NCBI GenBank assembly: GCA_031551865.1
Contig: JAVBMY010000012.1
Location: 8,753 to 72,752 of the forward strand
Origin: Rikenella sp.
GTDB lineage: Bacteria > Bacteroidota > Bacteroidia > Bacteroidales > Rikenellaceae
Reading direction: 5' to 3'
DNA length: 64,000 nucleotides
Of the stretch, positions 42,357 through 52,166 are shown piece after piece; the stretch's first letter is position 1; the number at the start of each line of letters is the position of its first letter. The notes under the pieces are model-generated. The model made no database searches and was not told the DNA's origin. It saw only the letters and a program-made list of their open reading frames with translations. Both the position numbers and the translations under genes were made by a program.

Positions 42357-43517
42357 CTACGACAGGAACCCGAGCAGGACACCGGCCGCCACAGCCGAGC
42401 CGATCACCCCGGCCACATTGGGGCCCATGGCGTGCATGAGCAGGTAGTTCGTTTTGTCGTATTTGATGCCGACGTCCTGCGACACGCGGGCCGCGGCGGG
42501 CACGGCCGACACTCCGGCATTGCCGATCAGGGGATTGATCTTATTACCCTCTTTGAGGAAGAGGTTGAAGAACTTGACGAAAAGCACCCCGCTGAACGTG
42601 GCCACGAAGAACGAGGCCGCGCCGAGGAAGAATATCCCGAGTGATTTGTAGGTGATAAACGTGGTGGCTTGCGTCGAGGCGCCCACGGTCAGGCCGATCA
42701 GGATGGTCACGATGTCGATCATCGGGCCGCTGGCAGTGGTGGCCAGACGTTTGGTGACGCCGCTCTCTTTAAGCAGGTTGCCCAGGAAGAGCATCCCGAG
42801 CAACGGCAGGGCGGCCGGCACGATGAAGGTAGTCAGCAACATCCCGATCACAGGGAACATGATCTTTTCGCGTTGCGACACCTGGCGTGGGGCCTTCATC
42901 TTGATCAGGCGCTCTTTCTGCGTAGTGAGCAGGCGCATCACGGGCGGTTGGATCACCGGCACGAGGGCCATGTAGGAGTAGGCCGCGATGGCAATGGCAC
43001 CGAGCAGATCGGGCGCGAGTTTCGAAGTCAGGAAGATGGCGGTCGGGCCGTCGGCGCCGCCGATGATCCCGATGGCTCCGGCTTCGGCTCCTGTAAAGCC
43101 GAGGCCGAGGGCGGCCATATAGGCTCCGAAGATGCCGAACTGGGCCGACGCACCCACGAGCATCAGCTTGGGGTTGGAGATCAGCGCCGAGAAGTCGGTC
43201 ATCGCCCCGATCCCGAGAAAGATCAGCGGTGGGTAGATCCCGTGCAGCACCCCGAAATAGAGGTAGTTAAGCACCGACCCGCTTTCGTACACGCCGATCT
43301 CGAAACCCGGGGGGAAGGGAATGTTCCCCATGATGACCCCGAACCCGATGGGGAGCAGGAGCATCGGTTCGAATTTCTTGGCGATGGCGAGGTAGATCAG
43401 CAGGATCCCCGCGGCGATCATGGCGATATGCCCCCAGGTGACGTGGGCAAAGCCGGTATCGGTGAGGAACTGGAGGATGTTGTTGCCTATGAATGAAAAG
43501 AAGTTGCTTTGTTCCAT
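42357..43517 (-). CDS. mmdB: Na+-translocating decarboxylase beta subunit
   Basis: EPMLLLPIGFG, GIIGGADGPT, GVSAVP, HAMGPNVAGVIGS. Confidence 0.93.
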   Translation of the reverse strand: MEQSNFFSFIGNNILQFLTDTGFAHVTWGHIAMIAAGILLIYLAIAKKFEPMLLLPIGFGVIMGNIPFPPGFEIGVYESGSVLNYLYFGVLHGIYPPLIFLGIGAMTDFSALISNPKLMLVGASAQFGIFGAYMAALGLGFTGAEAGAIGIIGGADGPTAIFLTSKLAPDLLGAIAIAAYSYMALVPVIQPPVMRLLTTQKERLIKMKAPRQVSQREKIMFPVIGMLLTTFIVPAALPLLGMLFLGNLLKESGVTKRLATTASGPMIDIVTILIGLTVGASTQATTFITYKSLGIFFLGAASFFVATFSGVLFVKFFNLFLKEGNKINPLIGNAGVSAVPAAARVSQDVGIKYDKTNYLLMHAMGPNVAGVIGSAVAAGVLLGFLS

Positions 43518-43523
43518 CGTATG

Positions 43524-43976
43524 CTACCCTATCGTGATTAAGGTATCGCCTTCGAGCACGGTACTGCCTTTCTGGGCGTTGATTTCGCGCACTACGCCGT
43601 CGCGGTCGGAGTCGATGCTGTTTTCCATTTTCATGGCTTCGAGCACCATGATTTTCTGTCCGGCCTTGACAGTGTCGCCGGGTTTGACGAACACTTCGAT
43701 GATCACTCCGGGCAGCGGGGCTTTGATGTGGCCTGCGGCGGCCGAAGCGGTCGAGGCGGGACTCGACGTGCGGGCAACGGCGGGATGGGTGTCGGTCGAA
43801 GAGACGGTGGTGGATTGCTGCACGATCTTGGGGGTTTTGGGCTGGTGCGACACCATGCCTTCGACTTCGACTTCGTATTCGGTGCCGTTGACGTTCACGA
43901 AGGCGGTGTTGTCTTCGACGCTGGAGATCGTGACGGCGTAGTCGTTACCGTTGATTTTTATCTTGTATTCTTTCAT
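43524..43976 (-). CDS. mmdC: Biotin carboxyl carrier (gamma) subunit
   Basis: EAMKM biotinylation motif. Confidence 0.93.
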   Translation of the reverse strand: MKEYKIKINGNDYAVTISSVEDNTAFVNVNGTEYEVEVEGMVSHQPKTPKIVQQSTTVSSTDTHPAVARTSSPASTASAAAGHIKAPLPGVIIEVFVKPGDTVKAGQKIMVLEAMKMENSIDSDRDGVVREINAQKGSTVLEGDTLITIG

Positions 43977-44107
43977 GGCTGTGTGGTTCGATGGAGAGTT
44001 CCGGGAGGACCGGACGTCGGGCCGGGAATCGTGTGGCCCGGAACGGTTTTAGTATTTCACGCGGGCGTAAATCGCGGGTGTTTTCGGCAAGGGCAAACGG
44101 CCCCGGG

Positions 44108-45031
44108 TTATTTTTTGGACAGGCGGTTGGTGAGTCCGTAGATTTTGGAGCTCCACGGAGAGTAAGCCTTGGCGATGCGGTTGATGGTAAGCACGTGGGT
44201 TTCGATGTCGTGCATATCGTCGTCGTAGCGGCGCAGGGCGATGGCAATGGCTGCAATCTCTTCGCCGATGATGTCGTCGGGTTTCATCAGCGGCTTCTCG
44301 GCGACGGGTGCGGCGGCGATAGCCTTCTTCTCCTTGCGGAGCGTGGCGCGCACCATAACCTTGCCGAGCATCTTGAAGATCAAGTACAGCAATACGAGGG
44401 CCACGAATACAACGCTCATGGCGGTGATGGCCATCACGATGCCGGAGGGGTCCCGCTGGCGGAATTTTTCGTGGGGCAGGACGGCCTCTTCAAGGTTGTT
44501 GGTCTGCATGGGGGTGATACCGGGCAGCACGCCGAATTTCGACTCGCGGGTGTCGGGGTCGTAGATCCAGCCGATCGACACGTCGGGTTGCTGGGCAGCC
44601 AGGTCGTATTCGAGCGAGTCGAGGGGAGTGCGGCCCTGGTCGAGCAGGTAGAGGCGCCCGGTCTGGTCGAGGGTGAAGTTGGTGTGCAGGGTGCCGCGGT
44701 TCGATTCGCCGTTGGCGAAAAAAATCACGTAGCCCTGCGGGGCGATGAGCGTGCGGGCGTCGTTCTTGGGGATACGGTAGGTGCGCGAACGGTCGGCCGG
44801 GTCGATGCTCAGGAAAGCGCCTCCCACGTCGACATAGGAGTATCCGGTGTTGTAAAGTTCGATCCAGCTGCTGTGGTTGGCGTGGTCGTCGGCGTAGCTG
44901 GTCTCGTTGATCACGAGCACTTCGTTGATCCGGATGTCCTTGAGTCCCTCGGCAGCGGCGGCAAAGGGGAACATTCCGGCCGCGAGCAGCAGGGCGGCGC
45001 GCCACGTTTTACGTTTCGGTAGTTGTAGCAT
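44108..45031 (-). CDS. OadG/MmdD-type subunit fused to an N-terminal lamin-tail-like domain
   Basis: Signal peptide; IRINEV..SWIELYN (LTD-like); TM AMSVVFVALVLL; AAIAIAL..SPWSSK. Confidence 0.8.
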   Translation of the reverse strand: MLQLPKRKTWRAALLLAAGMFPFAAAAEGLKDIRINEVLVINETSYADDHANHSSWIELYNTGYSYVDVGGAFLSIDPADRSRTYRIPKNDARTLIAPQGYVIFFANGESNRGTLHTNFTLDQTGRLYLLDQGRTPLDSLEYDLAAQQPDVSIGWIYDPDTRESKFGVLPGITPMQTNNLEEAVLPHEKFRQRDPSGIVMAITAMSVVFVALVLLYLIFKMLGKVMVRATLRKEKKAIAAAPVAEKPLMKPDDIIGEEIAAIAIALRRYDDDMHDIETHVLTINRIAKAYSPWSSKIYGLTNRLSKK

Positions 45032-45040
45032 GGGCAGCGG

Positions 45041-46603
45041 TTAGAGGGGAATGTTGGTGTGCTTCTTGAGCGGATTGACCACTTTTTTGGTAGCCAGCGA
45101 CTGCAGGGCGCGGATGATCCGGAAGCGGGTGTTCATCGGCTCGATCACGTCGTCGATGTAGCCGTATTTGGCGGCCACGTAGGGATTGGCGAATTTCGCG
45201 GTGTACTCTTGCTCTTTTTCGGCCAGGAATTCGGCACGTTTGGTTTCGTCGGCGATGGCGCCGGCCTCTTTGGCCATAAGCACTTCGACGGCACCCGAGG
45301 CTCCCATCACGGCGATCTCGCCGGTGGGCCAGCTGTAGTTGATGTCGCCGCGCAGGTGTTTGCTGCTCATGACGCAGTAGGCTCCGCCGTAGGCTTTGCG
45401 CAGGATGACGGTGATCTTGGGCACGGTGGCTTCGCCGTAGGCGAACAGGAGCTTGGCGCCGTGGGTGATGATGCCGCCGTATTCCTGGGCGGTACCGGGC
45501 AGGAAACCGGGCACGTCGACCAGGGTCACGATGGGGATATTGAAAGCGTCGCAGAAGCGCACGAAGCGGGCGGCCTTGCGCGAGGCGTTGATGTCGAGCA
45601 CGCCGGCGTAGTATTTGGGCTGGTTGGCGATGATACCGACGCTCTGGCCGTTGAAACGGGCGAACCCGGTGACGATGTTGGGGGCGAAGGTCTTTTGCGA
45701 TTCGAGGAATTCGCCGCTGTCTACGATGGCTTTGATCACGTCGAGCACGTCGTAGGGTTTGTTGGGGTTGTCGGGGATGAGCTCGTTGAGCGACTCTTCG
45801 AGGCGGTTGGCGTCGTCGGCCGAGGCTACGAGCGGGGCGTCTTCGAGGTTGTTCTGGGGCAGGTAGCTGAGCAGCTTGCGGATCATCGAGATGCCTTCCT
45901 GTTCGGTCTCGCTCACGAAGTGGGCCACGCCGCTTTTGGTGGAGTGCATCGAGGCGCCGCCGAGTTGTTCCTGGGTCACTTCTTCACCGGTGACGGTTTT
46001 GACGACTTTGGGGCCGGTGACGAACATATAGCTGGTGCCTTTGTTCATCAGGATGAAGTCGGTCAGGGCCGGTGAATAGACGGCTCCGCCCGCGCAGGGG
46101 CCGAAGATGGCCGAAATCTGGGGAATCACGCCGCTGGCCATGATATTGCGCTGGAAGATTTCGGTATATCCGCTCAGGGCGTTGACAGCCTCCTGGATGC
46201 GGGCCCCGCCGGAGTCGTTGATGCCGATTACCGGAGCGCCGTTCTTCATGGCCATGTCCATCACTTTGCAGATTTTCTGGGCGAAGGTTTCGGACAACGA
46301 ACCGCCGAAGACGGTGAAATCCTGCGAGAACACATACACCAGGCGGCCGTCGATGGTGCCGTAGCCGGTCACGACGCCGTCGCCGTAGTAGGACTCTTTT
46401 TCGATCCCGAAGTTGGTGCAGCGGTGGGTGACGAACATGTCGAACTCTTCGAACGAGCCTTCGTCGAGCAGCAGGTCGATGCGCTCGCGGGCGGTGAGCT
46501 TGCCTTTGGCATGCTGGGCGTCGATGCGTTTCCGGCCGCCGCCGAGCTTGGCTTTTTCGCGCAGTTCGACGAGTTCCTTGATTTTGGTCTGATTGGCACT
46601 CAT
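45041..46603 (-). CDS. mmdA: Methylmalonyl-CoA decarboxylase carboxyltransferase (alpha) subunit
   Basis: [36 protein letters not shown]. Confidence 0.93.
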   Translation of the reverse strand: MSANQTKIKELVELREKAKLGGGRKRIDAQHAKGKLTARERIDLLLDEGSFEEFDMFVTHRCTNFGIEKESYYGDGVVTGYGTIDGRLVYVFSQDFTVFGGSLSETFAQKICKVMDMAMKNGAPVIGINDSGGARIQEAVNALSGYTEIFQRNIMASGVIPQISAIFGPCAGGAVYSPALTDFILMNKGTSYMFVTGPKVVKTVTGEEVTQEQLGGASMHSTKSGVAHFVSETEQEGISMIRKLLSYLPQNNLEDAPLVASADDANRLEESLNELIPDNPNKPYDVLDVIKAIVDSGEFLESQKTFAPNIVTGFARFNGQSVGIIANQPKYYAGVLDINASRKAARFVRFCDAFNIPIVTLVDVPGFLPGTAQEYGGIITHGAKLLFAYGEATVPKITVILRKAYGGAYCVMSSKHLRGDINYSWPTGEIAVMGASGAVEVLMAKEAGAIADETKRAEFLAEKEQEYTAKFANPYVAAKYGYIDDVIEPMNTRFRIIRALQSLATKKVVNPLKKHTNIPL

Positions 46604-46716
46604 GGTGTGGTGTGTTTTTGGCTTCTTTAAACGGATGGCTTCGGCTGCCGTTCTCTCACAAGAAAACGGCTATAGGCCCGGTGCGGCACAACCAATGAGC
46701 CGCCGCCGGACATTAT

Positions 46717-47136
46717 TTATTTGCAGTCGCAGTTTTTGTCTTCGCAGAGTTCGGTGAGCACGCCCTGGGTAGACTTGGGGTGCAGGAAGGCGATGGAGAG
46801 CCCTTCGGCGCCGCCGCGGGGTTCTTTATCGAGCAATTGGAGCCCGGCGGCATCGGCATCAACCAAAGCACCTTCGAGGCCTTCGACGGCGAACGCGAGG
46901 TGATGGAATCCTTCGCCGCGTTTCTCGATGAATTTGGCAATGGTGCTCTCTTCCGAGGTAGGTTCGAGCAGTTCGATCTTGGTCTGGCCCACTTTGAAGA
47001 ACGCCGTTTTGACTTTTTGGTCGGCCACCTCTTCGATGTTGTAGCACTTCAAGCCAAGTACCTGTTCGTAGTAAGGAATAGCCTGTTCGAGATTCTTGAC
47101 GGCGATGCCGATATGCTCGATGTGTGTAACTTTCAT
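46717..47136 (-). CDS. mce: Methylmalonyl-CoA epimerase
   Basis: HIGIAV, IELLEP, GFHHLAF, FLHPKST..LTELC. Confidence 0.95.
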   Translation of the reverse strand: MKVTHIEHIGIAVKNLEQAIPYYEQVLGLKCYNIEEVADQKVKTAFFKVGQTKIELLEPTSEESTIAKFIEKRGEGFHHLAFAVEGLEGALVDADAAGLQLLDKEPRGGAEGLSIAFLHPKSTQGVLTELCEDKNCDCK

Positions 47137-47233
47137 AATATTAGGATTTTATGCTTTGAAATCAAAAATTAAGTCACAAAGTTACTAAATCAAACCGTAA
47201 CCCCCAAGCGGTTTTGCGGTGATTTTACGGGGT

Positions 47234-47635
47234 TCAGGGATTATTTTTCACCACCCTTCCGCGAATCGTCGCTTCAATGGGCTGCGGCGCGGGGGGCGAG
47301 GTCTCGAAACGGAGGCTCTTGTAGAAACCGCCCGTATCGGTGGGCGTGAAAACCACGGTGACGACCGTGCTGTCGCCCGGCATCAGCGGTTTGCGCGACC
47401 ACGTGGGTTTGGTGCACTTGCAATCGACCGCGATGTCGCGGATCACGAGCGGCGCCGTGCCTTCGTTGCGGCACACCAGCCGGATGGTATTTTTGGATTT
47501 GACGGTCACGTCGCCGAGCTCGACGGCGCGGGGGGTCACGGTCAGGCTTTGCGCCGAGGCATCGCCTGAAACAAAGCACAACGAAAAGAGTAGCAGCGCA
47601 AAAACACAGCACACGATTTTCCGACCCTGTTTTAT
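47234..47635 (-). CDS. DUF1573-like Ig-fold protein (start codon uncertain)
   Basis: N.GTAPLVI....CKCT..W...L.PG motif after a signal-peptide-like stretch. Confidence 0.75.
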   Translation of the reverse strand: MKQGRKIVCCVFALLLFSLCFVSGDASAQSLTVTPRAVELGDVTVKSKNTIRLVCRNEGTAPLVIRDIAVDCKCTKPTWSRKPLMPGDSTVVTVVFTPTDTGGFYKSLRFETSPPAPQPIEATIRGRVVKNNP

Positions 47636-47960
47636 AGGATGCGGCCCGGCACCCACCCCCTCAGCGTCTCGTTTTAGATTTCGACCCGGCTCCCACTCCC
47701 CGAGGCCGCAAAGCGGCCTGGGCGCACAGGTCGCGGGCTGTGAACAGCCCGGCGCTGCCAACGTACGAAGCCTGGCAACTTTTTTAATTTCTGAAATTTC
47801 GGGGAAACAGGGATGAGGTTTGCGGGCCATCGGCAGGTCGGTGTTACGAAAGAAAATAATCGCAGCAAATTTAATACCTTTGTTTGGTTAATACCGTCCG
47901 CCAGCTCTGAAAAATGGGCCCGACACCAACAATCCGGCAACAATATCAACACATACATCC

Positions 47961-49166
47961 ATGAAAAAGACCCTCTCCCTGCTCTGCCTGGCCGTGCTGA
48001 CGGCTACCGCCGGGCCCGCCGCCGCCAAGAAATCCCCCTTCAAAGGCATCGACCCCGCAATCGCCGCCGCCGCTCAAAAAAACATCGAAGCCGCCGGTGC
48101 CAACGGCCCCGAACTGCTGAAAGCCATCACCGAATCCCCCAAAAAGCAGCGCGAAGGCATGGCCTTCGTAGTGGCTTATATGCCCGCCGGCGACCGCGAC
48201 ACGCTGACCGCCGCCTTCCTGCTCGAAGAAGTAAGCTGGGCTTACAAAGCCCGCGAGACCTTCCCGTGGGTCAAGGGCCTTCCAGACTCGATCTTCTACA
48301 ACGAAGTGCTGCCCTACGCCTCGTTCAACGAAACCCGTGAACCGTGGCGCGCCATGTTTTGGGAGATGCTCTACCCCGTGGTCAAGGACATCAAGGACGA
48401 ACGCGCGGCCCTCGATACCATCAACAAAGCCATCGCCAAGCTCACCGGCGTGGAATACAACACCAAGCGCCGCAAAGCCAACCAGTCGCCCTCGGAGTCT
48501 ATCAGCCAGGGCATGGCCTCGTGCACCGGCCTGTCGATCCTGTTGACCGACGCCCTGCGCACCGTGGGCATCCCCTCGCGCGTGGCCGGAACCCCCATGT
48601 GGGTGACGATGGAAGGTAACCACAACTGGAGCGAAGTATGGCTCGACGGCCAATGGCACTTCATCGAATACTACCCCACCCCGGCGCTCGACCGCAGCTG
48701 GTTCCTCGAACGCGCGGGCAAAGCCGACAAAACCAAACCGATGCACTGGATCTACGCCATGTCGTGGAAAACTACCGGACTCGACTTCCCCTGGGGATGG
48801 GGCCGCGGCCGCGGTGGCAATAGCCTTCCCGCCCACGATGTGACCGACCGCTACATCTCGCTCTACAACGCCCAGATGGCTGAATCGGCCAAGGGTGTCC
48901 GCACCGCGATCCGCGCCTACAGCGCCGGCGCGGCCGACCGTTCGAGCGCTTCGCGGGCCGCTGTCGACATTCGCGTGGTGGACGACGCGAACAAGATGGT
49001 TGCCGCCGGAACCACCGCCGGGCCCACCGCCGATATGAACGACTATCTGGTGCTCTACCTGCCCGAAGGCAAAACGCTGACCCTTTTATATAAGGACAGC
49101 GCCGGCGCCGACCAGAGCGTGAGCGTGAACACCGCCGCTGCGCAGGACATCGAGTTGGTGTACTAA
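47961..49166 (+). CDS. Secreted transglutaminase-like domain protein
   Basis: Signal peptide; ASCTGLS..ALRTVGIPSR, NHNWSEVW. Confidence 0.85.
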   Translation: MKKTLSLLCLAVLTATAGPAAAKKSPFKGIDPAIAAAAQKNIEAAGANGPELLKAITESPKKQREGMAFVVAYMPAGDRDTLTAAFLLEEVSWAYKARETFPWVKGLPDSIFYNEVLPYASFNETREPWRAMFWEMLYPVVKDIKDERAALDTINKAIAKLTGVEYNTKRRKANQSPSESISQGMASCTGLSILLTDALRTVGIPSRVAGTPMWVTMEGNHNWSEVWLDGQWHFIEYYPTPALDRSWFLERAGKADKTKPMHWIYAMSWKTTGLDFPWGWGRGRGGNSLPAHDVTDRYISLYNAQMAESAKGVRTAIRAYSAGAADRSSASRAAVDIRVVDDANKMVAAGTTAGPTADMNDYLVLYLPEGKTLTLLYKDSAGADQSVSVNTAAAQDIELVY

Positions 49167-49197
49167 TTTCCAGAAACGACTTCGTACGCTCATAGTG

Positions 49198-49536
49198 AAT
49201 CGCCCGCGGCCAGGGGCCGAAACTCGCAAAGCGAGTTTGGCCGCGGACGATTGGCTGACGCAAAAGAAATTCGCAGCCGTTCCGCCGTCCGAAAAGAAGC
49301 GCCCGGCCCGTAGCCCCCTCGCGCAAAGCGCTACGGGCCGGGCGCTCTCCTTTACCAGAACCGTTTGCACGGTTCCGGCTCAGTCGGTACGGCCCCTTAA
49401 GTCTGCTACGCAGCCTTTTCCTCCTCGACGCTCGGCAATTTGCAAACGAATTTGCATTGCTCTCGCTCCAGCGTCGGTTGCGGGGCCGCCATTCGGCTTC
49501 CTTCTTCGTTCCTCGCAGCTTCGGCAGGGTAAACTC
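49198..49536 (+). repeat. Mosaic repeat: B, C[T nested], inverted Z
   Basis: gaagcgcccggcccgtagc..gctacgggccgggcgc; ctcagtcggtacggcccc[T 49397-49478]ggggccgcc; Z at 49489-49536. Confidence 0.88.
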
Positions 49537-49562
49537 TGCCGCACGGACAATTATTTAGCCTT

Positions 49563-50633
49563 ATGATAAATACCCAAGAATACACCGAACTCCTCCGGGA
49601 GTTGATCCGCACCCCCTCGCCCAGCGGCGGCGAGGAAAACACCGCTGCCATCCTCGAAAACTTTTTGAAGAAACGGGGCGTCGACGCGTGCCGCTACCGC
49701 CACAACGTGTGGGCCGTGAACCGCGCCTTCGACCTCGCGAAGCCCACCGTGCTGCTCAATTCGCACCACGACACCGTGTTGCCCAACGGCGCTTATACCC
49801 GCGACCCCTACGCACCCGACATCGAGGACGGCATCCTCTTCGGGCTCGGGAGCAACGACGCCGGGGCCAGCGTCGTTTCGCTCACCGCCGCCTTCCTGCA
49901 CTTTTGGCCCGCCGATGCCGACGCGCTGAAATACAACCTCTGCCTGGCCATCACCGCCGAGGAGGAGAACTCCGGCCCCAACGGCCTCGAATGCCTGCTG
50001 CCCGTGCTCGAAGAGCACGGTGTGCACACCGAATTCGCCATCGTGGGCGAACCGACCCAGATGCAACTGGCCATCGCCGAGCGTGGCCTGATGGTGGTGG
50101 ATTGCACCGCGCACGGCCGCGCCGGGCACGCCGCCCGCAACGAAGGCGAGAACGCCATCTACAAAGCCCTCAAAGACATCGAATGGTTCCGGGACTATAA
50201 GTTCCCGCTCGAATCCGGCCTGTTCGGCGCCGTAAAGATGAGCGTCACCATGATCCAGGCCGGCACGCAGCACAATGTGGTGCCCGACACCTGCCGCTTC
50301 ACGGTGGACGTGCGCGTGACCGACCGTTACACCAACGAGCAGGTATTGGACGTAATCAAGAACAGCGTATCGTGCGACGTGCAGGAACGGTCGCTGCGGC
50401 TGCGCCCCTCGTACATCTCGCCCGAACACCCCATCGTGCAGGCCGGGCTGCGGCTCGGGCGCACGACCTACGGCTCGCCGACCACCTCGGACCAGGCACT
50501 GCTGTCGGTACCCTCGCTCAAGATGGGCCCCGGCGACTCGGCCCGCAGCCACACCGCCGACGAATACATCCGCCTCGGCGAGATCGAACAGGGTATCGGC
50601 CAGTACATCGAAATGCTCGGGGCCGTGATCTAA
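49563..50633 (+). CDS. M20-family metallohydrolase (ArgE/DapE-like deacylase)
   Basis: NSHHDTV, GSNDAGAS, EEE, GEPT, SHTADE. Confidence 0.9.
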   Translation: MINTQEYTELLRELIRTPSPSGGEENTAAILENFLKKRGVDACRYRHNVWAVNRAFDLAKPTVLLNSHHDTVLPNGAYTRDPYAPDIEDGILFGLGSNDAGASVVSLTAAFLHFWPADADALKYNLCLAITAEEENSGPNGLECLLPVLEEHGVHTEFAIVGEPTQMQLAIAERGLMVVDCTAHGRAGHAARNEGENAIYKALKDIEWFRDYKFPLESGLFGAVKMSVTMIQAGTQHNVVPDTCRFTVDVRVTDRYTNEQVLDVIKNSVSCDVQERSLRLRPSYISPEHPIVQAGLRLGRTTYGSPTTSDQALLSVPSLKMGPGDSARSHTADEYIRLGEIEQGIGQYIEMLGAVI

Positions 50634-50715
50634 ACAGAGAAAAGGGACCCTGCAAAACGGCGTAAAGCAGCCCGGGCTGGCCGCGGCATCCACACGGCAA
50701 CCATCGCAAAACAGG

Positions 50716-50750
50716 AGCGGCCCCGCACGGTTAAGTGCGGGGCCGCTTTA
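50716..50750. terminator. Bidirectional terminator hairpin
   Basis: agcggccccgcac/gtgcggggccgct between convergent genes. Confidence 0.7.
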
Positions 50751-50780
50751 TTATTCAGCACCTTCAAAAGGGAAACCGGC

Positions 50781-51749
50781 TCAGCAGCAATCCGTCATCG
50801 GGCAATCGTGGCCCTCGCCCTCAAGTTCGATGGTGGTGTGCCCGACCCCGTGCGAGGCACAGACCATGCGGATTTCGGACTTCAGTTCGGCCAGCCGGTC
50901 GCGGCTAACGGTAAGCGGCACTACTACATGGAGCGACATGACGTTGTTTTCGCCGTCGAGGCTCCAGATATGTTCGTCGTGGAGCGACACCACATCGGGC
51001 AAGGCCAGCAGTTCGGCCCTGAGCGCAGCCGCATCGACTCCCTCGGGCACGTGCTGCATCAGTACCTTGAGCGTGTCGCGCAGGTTGCGGAACACGTTCC
51101 ACAGCACCCACAGCGAAATGGCCACCGACAGGATCGGATCGAGAATCGGAAGCTCGACGAACAGCATCACCGTGCTGACCACCAGCACTGCCAGCCATCC
51201 GAACACATCTTCGAGCATGTGCAGCATCACGGCGCGCTCACTCAGCGATCGCCCCTTGCCGAGCCTCAGGGCAGCGACCAGGTTGACGGCCACGCCGATC
51301 ACCGCCAGCCAAAGCATCCCCTGGGCATTGGGCTCGTGGGTGGGGGGCGTGCCCTGCACATAGTCGCCGATGACCGAGAAGCATTTGGTCAGAATAAAGA
51401 CCGATCCCGCGAGCAGCACTACCGAGATGAAGAGCGCCCCGAGCAGCGAAAACCGCTTATAGCCGTAGGAATACTTGCTGTCGGCCTTGCGTTCCGACAC
51501 CTTCTGAAGGCGCCATGCCACGGCCAGCGACAGGCTGTCGCCGAAATCGTGCAGGGCATCGGAAATGATGGCGATACTCCCGGTGAAGAAGCCACCGATC
51601 GCCTCGAAGATCGAAAACCCGAAGTTCAGGAAAAAAGCCAGGGCGATGTTCCCTGTGGCGGCATGGGAGTGATCGTGGCTATGGGAAGCACCGGGTTCAG
51701 TACCCGGAGAAGAGGTTTGGCGGACAGGGGAATCGGTATGCAGGCTCAT
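50781..51749 (-). CDS. Cation diffusion facilitator (CzcD/ZitB-like)
   Basis: HSHDHSH, SDALHDFGD, HMLED, HIWSLDG, HTTIE. Confidence 0.93.
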   Translation of the reverse strand: MSLHTDSPVRQTSSPGTEPGASHSHDHSHAATGNIALAFFLNFGFSIFEAIGGFFTGSIAIISDALHDFGDSLSLAVAWRLQKVSERKADSKYSYGYKRFSLLGALFISVVLLAGSVFILTKCFSVIGDYVQGTPPTHEPNAQGMLWLAVIGVAVNLVAALRLGKGRSLSERAVMLHMLEDVFGWLAVLVVSTVMLFVELPILDPILSVAISLWVLWNVFRNLRDTLKVLMQHVPEGVDAAALRAELLALPDVVSLHDEHIWSLDGENNVMSLHVVVPLTVSRDRLAELKSEIRMVCASHGVGHTTIELEGEGHDCPMTDCC

Positions 51750-52166
51750 AAAGGGATTCAAAAGAGGCGAATTAAGATACACACGGGCAAGAACCGTGCC
51801 GGGCACTAACCGCAGCACGGGCGGTTGCGCAATCTTCAGCAAAGAAACTCTCCCCCGCCCCGACGCCCGAAGCGGCGATCACAACAGGTACGGAGAAGCT
51901 GCCCGCAAATATGCCCTGTCAGCAGGAAAGAAAAGCCGCGAAGCGGATCTAAGCAAGGGCGAAAGCCTTGCGGAGCTGCCGGGCAAGTGGGAGGAAGAGG
52001 CTCCGCAACGGACGCGGTGCGCCCGGGATGAGCACGGCGCCTGTCCTGAACAAACTGAACAAAGCCAAAGCCCGCCGCCCGCCGGAACGGTATAACCCGT
52101 TCGCGGAGCGTATAGAAAGGCTGGCTTTACGCAAGGCCGCTGCGGAGAGGAGAACCCCGGGAGGAG

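Noticed and set aside
51750-52166. Possible leader peptide or metal riboswitch upstream of the CDF gene
   Set aside because: I could not identify an intact convincing ORF or riboswitch consensus by eye; an Rfam scan would be needed.
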